A DNA stretch of 64,000 nucleotides, taken from NCBI GenBank assembly GCA_052437175.1, contig JBQVOK010000004.1, positions 183,337 to 247,336 on the forward strand, read 5' to 3'. The position numbers were made by a program, and so were the translations under genes. The notes under the pieces are model-generated. The model was not told the DNA's origin. It made no database searches and was given only the letters and a program-made list of their open reading frames with translations. This document shows, piece after piece, positions 59,601-64,000 of this stretch. Positions within the stretch are counted from its first letter, which is position 1; each line of letters begins with the position of its first letter. Source of the DNA: Flavobacteriales bacterium. Lineage in GTDB: Bacteria; Bacteroidota; Bacteroidia; CAIKAF01.

Positions 59601-59872
59601 CGGCATGCGCGGACATTGTACGCGTATCGCTGAACGAAATACCGGACGGTTCTGTAAACTTCTTCCCGAACCCGACCCGTGGTTCCATCACGGTAAAAAC
59701 GGACGGTATCATCGTGAAGAAGACTGAACTGATGGACATCACCGGTAAACAACACCCGGTGATCCAGAACGGAAACAGCCTGGACCTTTCGGCACTGCAA
59801 AACGGGGTATACCTCGTGCGCATCACCGATGTAAATGGCAGGCAGTACACTTCACGTATCGTGAAGATCTAA
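53612..59872 (+). CDS. Giant cell-surface adhesin with about 20 tandem SprB-type repeats and a T9SS C-terminal sorting domain
   Basis: 2086 aa with a signal peptide. About 20 repeats of 75-78 aa follow the pattern TDVSCNGG(S/G)NGTATV..SGG..PYTYSWSPSGGT(N/A)ATATGL..GTYTVTVTDNN.CQ. The C-terminal CTD is FFPNPTRGSITVKTDG…NGVYLVRITDVNGRQYTSRIVKI. Confidence 0.9.
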   Translation: MKHYVHSASKAFLLFCLLAAAILQGRDLKAQTSLAAGDIAFTGYNSNASPAAGDTIAFVLLTNISASTQISITDRGYNGSGWVGAGSTEGTITWTTGSALPWGTEIYICGLSARVYNPVSGTFTSNGSVTLTEGTSPNGLSISNVGDQFIAFQGGGGSITGGGVTIIAGLHFLTCNANTSTATWDGAGCTIGPNSSVMPPGLTGGTNAFYTGTMPGGILPTIARFNCTGTPATTPAQIRTAVMNQANWTLANSALSMPSKCVFVSSTPVINAHPQNRTICNNGNTTMSISAIGATSYQWYVNTGAGFNMVPAGAPYSGINTNTLTITGGTTSMNGYQYRCVATNGSGSATSNPSTLTVITVTTTGSSTNVSCIGGNNGSATVVASGGILPYTYSWSPSGGTAATASGLAADNYSVLVTDNIGCQATRAFNITEPASGMSATISKTDVSCNGGGNGTATVVVSGGTTPYTYSWSPSGGTNATATGLSQGTYTVTVTDNGGCQITRSITVNQPATALGGTTSKTDVSCNGGGNGTATVVASGGTTPYTYSWSPSGGTNATATGLSQGTYTVTVTDFNGCQITRSATVNQPATALGGTTSKTDVSCNMGSNGTATVVASGGTTPYTYSWSPSGGTNATATGLAAGTYTVTVTDFNGCQITRSATVTQPATALGGSISKTDVSCNGGSNGTATVVASGGTTPYTYSWSPSGGTNATATGLAQGSYTVTVTDFNGCQITRSATVTQPATALDGTISQTDVSCTGGSNGTATVVASGGTTPYTYSWSPSGGTNATATGLAQGTYTVTVTDFNGCQITRSTTVNQPATALDGTTSKTDVSCNGGSNGTATVVASGGTGTYTYSWAPSGGTNATATGLAAGTYTVTVTDNNSCQITRTVTVNQPAALDGTTSKTDVSCNGGANGTATVVASGGTTPYTYSWSPSGGTNATATGLSQGTYTVTVTDNNTCQITRTVTVNQPAALDGTISKTDVSCNGGSNGTATVAVSGGTTPYTYSWAPSGGTAATATGLAQGTYTVTVTDNNTCQITRTVTVNEPAAMVLTPSHTDVSCNGGGNGTATVTVSGGATPYSYSWSPSGGTAATATGLAAGTYTVTVTDNNTCQATQSITVNQPSAISLTPSHTDVSCNGGSNGTATVTASGGVGPYSYSWSPSGGTAATATGLAAGTYTVTVTDNNTCQATQSITVNQPSAISLTPSHTDVSCNGGSNGTATVTASGGVGPYSYSWSPSGGTNATATGLAAGTYTVTVTDNNTCQATQSIAVSQPAALSITPSHTDVSCNGGSNGTATATVSGGVGPYSYSWSPSGGTNATATGLAAGTYTVTVTDNNTCQATQSITVNQPAAISLTPSHTDVSCNGGSNGTATVTASGGVGPYSYSWSPSGGTAATATGLAAGTYTVTVTDNNTCQATQSVTITEPSAFSVTPSHTNVSCNGGSNGTATVTVSGATAPYSYSWSPSGGTNATATGLAAGTYTVTITDNNTCQTTQSITITQPSAFSVTPSHTNVSCNGGGNGTATVTVSGATAPYSYSWSPSGGTNATATGLAAGTYTVTITDDNTCQTTQSITITQPSAFSITASQTDILCNGASTGTATVTVSGATAPYTYSWSPSGGTAATASGLSAGTYTVTITDSNMCQATQSFSLLQPLAFSITGSQTNISCNGDSTGTATVTVSGATAPYTYSWSPYGGTAATAAGLVAGTYTVTVTDSNLCQTTQNFTLTESPALAVQVSSADLSCFGANNGYAAVTVSGGVGPYTYSWTGGGATDSIGGLTAGVYTVTITDSLFCTTQANVTINEPAELTLQMWQQNISCTGNGADGMAAVTVSGGTTPYNYSWTPGAQTNDSLSNLAAGTYTVLVTDDNGCSATDSVVIDGPEQFQATQNVSICQGQSYSIGNSTYTAGGTYTDTLLTAAGCDSVVTTILTVNTVNATITNNDPTLLASAGGTDYKWMNCETGQLIGGATSQSYTATANGSYAVIITQNGCTDTSACADIVRVSLNEIPDGSVNFFPNPTRGSITVKTDGIIVKKTELMDITGKQHPVIQNGNSLDLSALQNGVYLVRITDVNGRQYTSRIVKI

Positions 59873-59901
59873 AGACGGAGATTTTGTATGCTTGAATAAG
59901 G

Positions 59902-59932
59902 GAGCGGGGCAGTAATGTCCCGCTTTCTTTAT
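59902..59932 (+). terminator. Rho-independent terminator after the adhesin gene
   Basis: Hairpin agcggggcagtaatgtcccgct followed by ttctttatat. Confidence 0.6.
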
Positions 59933-60053
59933 ATATGGAGATCCCGAAAGCTACATCGTCGTATATAAGGCATTACGTATAGGCCAGCTCCTGCGGGCAG
60001 GCACATATTGTCTTTAACAGGCAGACAGCAACTATGTATGGTATATGGCCGGA

Positions 60054-60752
60054 TCAGTGGGGTTCCGGCCGGTCTTTGCCACCCCGCAGACGGGGTTCAT
60101 AGTACAGGATATTACTCCAGTCGCCGATGCCCAGTATAAACCATTTTTCCTGTTCGATCTTGGCTATTTCCTGTTCCAGGGCAGTGGTATCGGCAAGCTC
60201 TTTAGGACCGAATAATTTCTGCAGCAAACCGGCAGGCCTGCGCTGCTCTTCCAGTTGTTTCTGTAAAGCCTGAAGGCGCAGGTTAAAGATATCCACTTCG
60301 GTATAAAAATCGGCGATGAGGTCGTCGATATTCTGTATTTCTTCGTGCAGTTCGGCGTTCTGTTTTTCCGGTCCGTTGTCACCCATCTCAAACAGCTCGG
60401 CACATTCCAGGATCATATAATCCAGGTGGTTTTCTTCGTTGTTCAGAAAGGCCCGGGTACGGCTGATGTGGAGGCGGAGTTCCGTTTCGGGATAGATGTT
60501 GCGGGCGCTGAGCTCTTCCAGGAAGCGGAAAAGACGGTCGCGTCCCTCTTTGTAACGGCCGCGTATGGCAATGGCATCATCATAATCCCATATCACGGAA
60601 CGGCATATCTTCGGGTCGGCGCTTACAAGGATCTGGAAGGGAAGGGGTAAATAGTAATTGTATTCAGCAATACCACGCGAACGACCGCCTGCTTTATGAG
60701 GATTTTCCGCCGGATCGAAATCCAGGGCATATAAATAACTTCGGTTTGCCAT
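60054..60752 (-). CDS. Hypothetical cytoplasmic protein
   Basis: 232 aa with no signal peptide and an acidic, coiled-coil-prone C-terminal half. No recognisable family. It is followed upstream by a 344-bp AT-rich non-coding region. Confidence 0.55.
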   Translation of the reverse strand: MANRSYLYALDFDPAENPHKAGGRSRGIAEYNYYLPLPFQILVSADPKICRSVIWDYDDAIAIRGRYKEGRDRLFRFLEELSARNIYPETELRLHISRTRAFLNNEENHLDYMILECAELFEMGDNGPEKQNAELHEEIQNIDDLIADFYTEVDIFNLRLQALQKQLEEQRRPAGLLQKLFGPKELADTTALEQEIAKIEQEKWFILGIGDWSNILYYEPRLRGGKDRPEPH

Positions 60753-61096
60753 TGAGCTTGCAGGTGAGTAAATTAAAGTTTTTGATTTTCAGGTTTTTAG
60801 AGTTGGTATTGTATTTTAGAAGGTGCTAAAATATTCATTTTACAGCATATTTTTGAAACCTTTAGATAATAATCTGCGTTTAATAGAACATACCCCTTGT
60901 TTATATACACAACGTATTTGTGTACTTTATCTTTTGATAAATCAGTTTCTTACACTTTTTCTTATTAGGTAAATCCCTGCGTGCTCATAACACAGAGTTC
61001 TTGCATTTTATGACTTTTAAGAAAAATGGGAATTTTTTAATGTATTCTTATTTAATCTGTTGGATAAGTAACTGTATTAATTAAAATAGATTTATT

Positions 61097-61534
61097 ATGA
61101 GAACTATGCAGATTTTATTGGCGGGAGTCCTGTCAGTGGCATTTTTAACCGCTTGTAACGGACAGCAGGACAAAAAAGTGGAACAGGCCAAACAGGATGT
61201 GAAAGAGGCGGAAGAAAAGCTGGATGAAGCCCGTGCCAAAGCTAACGCTGAGTACGAAGCTTATAAAGCCGACGTAAACGAACGTATCGCGGAAAACGAG
61301 CGTAAGATCGCCAACCTCCGCGAAGACATGAAAAACAGTAAAAAAGAGGTGAAAAAAGAGTACCGTGACCAGGTAGACAAACTCGAAGTAAAAAACAACG
61401 AACTCAAAAAAGAGATCGGTGAATTTCAGAATACTTCGGACGAAAAATGGCAGGCCTTCAAGCGTGAGTTCAATCACGATATGGATGAACTGGGCAAGGC
61501 TTTCAACGACCTGGGTAAGGATAATGCAAAATAG
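61097..61534 (+). CDS. Coiled-coil lipoprotein of unknown function
   Basis: 145 aa with the lipobox LTAC and a highly charged K/E-rich helical sequence. Confidence 0.7.
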   Translation: MRTMQILLAGVLSVAFLTACNGQQDKKVEQAKQDVKEAEEKLDEARAKANAEYEAYKADVNERIAENERKIANLREDMKNSKKEVKKEYRDQVDKLEVKNNELKKEIGEFQNTSDEKWQAFKREFNHDMDELGKAFNDLGKDNAK

Positions 61535-61583
61535 ATTTCCCCACGTTTTGTAGAGAGAAAAAAATAACTTAAAAACAGTAATC

Positions 61584-61739
61584 ATGGGAAATATATTGTA
61601 TATAATCGCAGTAGTACTCGTTATAGCCTGGGCCATCGGGTTCCTGGGTTATCACGCAGGAAGCATTATTCATATTCTGCTCGTAATCGCGGCCATTGCC
61701 ATACTCCTTAGACTGATCAGGGGCAGCCGTGAAGTATAA
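61584..61739 (+). CDS. lmo0937-family small membrane protein (51 aa). It is below the 60-aa cut-off of the ORF track.
   Basis: MGNILYIIAVVLVIAWAIGFLGYHAGSIIHILLVIAAIAILLRLIRGSREV, the GxxIHILLVIAxIAxLLRxI pattern of this widespread two-TM mini-protein family. Confidence 0.7.
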   Translation: MGNILYIIAVVLVIAWAIGFLGYHAGSIIHILLVIAAIAILLRLIRGSREV

Positions 61740-61959
61740 AACGTTTTTCGAATCTTATTACACTACGAAAACTACCAGCAGGGTGAACTATAAAAGTTGA
61801 CTGATAGGAGGGCCGGCAAGTCCGGTTCGGAGTTGGTAATACAGTTTAGGGCGCTATTTACAGCGCCCTTTTTTCGTTAAGATCATCGTATTTTTTTTAC
61901 ATACAACCAGAAGTCCCCGGCTTTGCAAAAAGTGCGGGGATTTTTTGGGCTCACAGGCA

Positions 61960-61992
61960 ATAAAAAACCCCGGTCTTACCAACCGGGGTCTG
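61960..61992 (-). terminator. Rho-independent terminator after minus-strand gene 62012..>64000
   Basis: Perfect hairpin accccggtcttaccaaccggggt with a T-run on the minus strand (window aaaaaa upstream). Confidence 0.75.
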
Positions 61993-62011
61993 CTATTTGT
62001 AATTGAACTTC

Positions 62012-64000
62012 TTAATGGTTTTTGATCACTTTTTTCACCAGTACCTTGTCGCCCGAATAGATACGTACAAAGTAGATACCGTCGCTCAGGTGCTGTATCG
62101 GGAAATAGATGTTCCCGTTCTGCTGGCTGCTTTGGATGCCGATCTGTGCACCCAGGTCGTTGTACAGCTCTACACGGTCGATCTGTATTCCCTCGGCTTG
62201 GATGTACACATCGCCATGGGTCGGGTTCGGGAAGAGTGTTACGGAAGCGGCTGTTTCCTCGTCTACACCCAGGCAGCCGTATACTTCTACGTGTTGTTCG
62301 GTGGAAGCGGTACAACCATTTGCATCCGTATAGGTGTAGGTAAGCACGTAGTTGCCGTTACCGGTTCCCGGATCGAATGCGCCGCCGCTTACCCCGGTAC
62401 CGCTGTAGATACCGCCTGCCGGTGCACCCTGGGTCAGGGCAAAGGCCGGGTTCAGGTTACACTGGTCGGCGATCGGTCCGAAGGAAACCACCGGAAGGGC
62501 ATTCACCGTTATGGTCTGGCTGGCGCTGGCATTACAGTTTCCGGCTGCGTTGTCGCTTACGGTATAACTGGTCGTTGCCGAAGGGCTCACCGTGATGCTG
62601 TTACCGCTGATATTACCCGGCTGCCAGGTGTAGCTGCCGTTGCCGTTCACCGAAAGGGTCACATCTTCACCGGCACATACTGCATTGCTGCTGGTATGTA
62701 TGGTGAGTGAAGGCGAGGCAAGCACCGAAACGGTAAGAGAGGCCGTATTTGTACAGTTGTTATTGTCGGTACCGGTTACCGTGTAGGAGGTCGTTGCCGA
62801 CGGACTTACGGTAATGCTGCTGCCGCCCAGGTTGCCCGGTGTCCATACGTAAGAAACGGCTCCGCTGGCATTCAGCGTGGTGCTGCTTCCGGCGCATATC
62901 GACGGGTTTACAGCCGATGCCTGTACGTTGGGCAGGCTGTTCACGGTAATAGTAATCGTAGTGGTATCGCTGCAGTTCCCGTTTAAGCCGATCAGCTGGT
63001 AGGTAGTGCTGGTAGCCGGACTCACCGAAATGCTGGCGCCGGTCATATTACCCGGCGTCCAAAGGTACGAAGTGGCTCCGCTTGCCGTAAGCGTGGTGTT
63101 TTCACCTGCGCACAGTATGGCATCCGCAGTAGCGGCGCTTACGGAAGGTGTATTCTGTACGTTCACGGTTACAGCGGCCGTACTCTGACATCCGTTTGCA
63201 TCGGTGCCCGTAACGGTATAGGTAGTGGTAGCTGTCGGATATACGGTAACATTGCTGCCGCTTATAGCGCCCGGGTTCCAGTTGTATGAAACGGCTCCGC
63301 CGGCCGTGAGCACTGTAGCCGCACCGGCACAAACCGAGCTCTGTGATGCGCTGGCATTTACCTGGGCCGGAGTGTTTACCTGGATCAGGATGGAAGCAGA
63401 TGCAGAACAGCCATTCGCCGTGGTGCCCGTAACGGTGTACGAAGTAGTGGTTGCCGGAGAAACCGTGCTGATGGTACCTGTAGCGTTGTTGTGTTGCCAC
63501 AGGTATGAATTGGCTCCGCTTACGTTCAGTACCACCGTTTCGCCGGCGCAGATGCTGTTGTCGCTGGCGGTAAGGGTTAATGCAGAGGCGTTATTTACAA
63601 CCTGTACCGTAACCGTGGCGGTAGTGCTGCAGCCGTTGTCGGTTCCCGTTACCACGTAGGTGGTGGTCGAGGACGGCGTTACGCTGATGCTGCTGCCGGT
63701 AAGGTTGCCCGGCTGCCAGCTGTAGGAGGATGCTCCTGTGGCCGTAAGTGTGGCCGATGCGCCCTGGCAGATACTCGTATTGGACGTGTAGGCCTGTACA
63801 TTGGGTGCGGTCTGTACCTGCACGGTAAAGCTGGCCTGGGATGAACAACCGCTGCTGTTGCTGTGACCACTTACCGTGTATACGGTGGTAGAACCCGGTG
63901 CTACACTGATGCTGCTGCCGGTAAGATTGCCCGGCATCCAGGTATAGGTATCGGCGCCGCTGGCCGTAAGGGTAGTGGTAGTACCGGCACAGATGCTGGC
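62012..64000 (-). CDS. Large Ig-like-repeat cell-surface protein with a T9SS C-terminal sorting domain; the N-terminal part extends beyond the window
   Basis: At least 641 aa. It has about eight repeats of ~75 aa of the form …Q.GNL(T/S)GSSI(S/T)V.P..TT.Y.VTGTD.NGC… and a C-terminal CTD (VTLFPNPTHGDVYIQAEG…DGIYFVRIYSGDKVLVKKVIKNH). Confidence 0.85.
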   Translation of the reverse strand, partial: ASICAGTTTTLTASGADTYTWMPGNLTGSSISVAPGSTTVYTVSGHSNSSGCSSQASFTVQVQTAPNVQAYTSNTSICQGASATLTATGASSYSWQPGNLTGSSISVTPSSTTTYVVTGTDNGCSTTATVTVQVVNNASALTLTASDNSICAGETVVLNVSGANSYLWQHNNATGTISTVSPATTTSYTVTGTTANGCSASASILIQVNTPAQVNASASQSSVCAGAATVLTAGGAVSYNWNPGAISGSNVTVYPTATTTYTVTGTDANGCQSTAAVTVNVQNTPSVSAATADAILCAGENTTLTASGATSYLWTPGNMTGASISVSPATSTTYQLIGLNGNCSDTTTITITVNSLPNVQASAVNPSICAGSSTTLNASGAVSYVWTPGNLGGSSITVSPSATTSYTVTGTDNNNCTNTASLTVSVLASPSLTIHTSSNAVCAGEDVTLSVNGNGSYTWQPGNISGNSITVSPSATTSYTVSDNAAGNCNASASQTITVNALPVVSFGPIADQCNLNPAFALTQGAPAGGIYSGTGVSGGAFDPGTGNGNYVLTYTYTDANGCTASTEQHVEVYGCLGVDEETAASVTLFPNPTHGDVYIQAEGIQIDRVELYNDLGAQIGIQSSQQNGNIYFPIQHLSDGIYFVRIYSGDKVLVKKVIKNH

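Noticed and set aside
54238-59800. Many minus-strand ORFs (e.g. 55259..56065, 56450..56962, 58841..59800) encoding Arg/Cys/Gly/Tyr-rich repeats
   Set aside because: They are antisense frames of the highly repetitive SprB-repeat coding sequence, and their periodicity simply mirrors the sense repeats. No independent start or RBS context. The sense ORF is a continuous 2086-aa frame with signal peptide and CTD.
61145-61636. 163-aa minus-strand ORF
   Set aside because: Antisense to the coiled-coil lipoprotein gene. It is Phe/Leu-rich, the mirror image of the Lys/Glu-rich sense codons.
62003-63659. Plus-strand ORFs 62003..62710 and 63225..63659
   Set aside because: Antisense to the Ig-like-repeat T9SS protein.

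Overview
This 64-kb window most likely comes from a Bacteroidota chromosome (Chitinophagaceae-like), with about 55% GC, Bacteroidetes-type TTG/TAnnTTTG promoters, and many proteins carrying type IX secretion (T9SS) C-terminal sorting domains. I found no rRNA, tRNA or CRISPR array.

Housekeeping content:
- A complete Na+-translocating NADH:quinone reductase operon, nqrABCDEF, on the minus strand.
- lpd, rpoD, mltG, pruA, a PiT phosphate transporter, corA, and a TonB-dependent receptor.
- A TPR/HisKA_2 sensor kinase paired with a LytTR response regulator.
- An ECF sigma/anti-sigma pair divergent from a prsW-corA pair.

Accessory content:
- A co-directional FAD-oxidoreductase / GT2 / CrtO(CruD)-like module, which I read as carotenoid-glycoside-ester tailoring.
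- A five-gene minus-strand ion, pH and bicarbonate cluster: EamA, NhaC, beta-carbonic anhydrase, NhaP and bestrophin.
- A four-gene operon of uncharacterised secreted or membrane proteins.
- A frameshifted, truncated Tat-amine-oxidase pseudogene.
- A composite intergenic repeat downstream of apaG.

The most unusual locus is 49.1-59.9 kb. A 640-bp AT-rich leader precedes three tandem diverged phage-tail-collar (MdpB-like) paralogs, each with an HxH motif. These are followed, co-directionally and tightly spaced (partly overlapping), by a signal-less PBP1-fold protein and a divergent Fmt-like formyltransferase with an intact N-H-D catalytic triad. A 2086-aa SprB-repeat T9SS adhesin whose roughly 228-bp DNA repeats are near-identical completes the locus.
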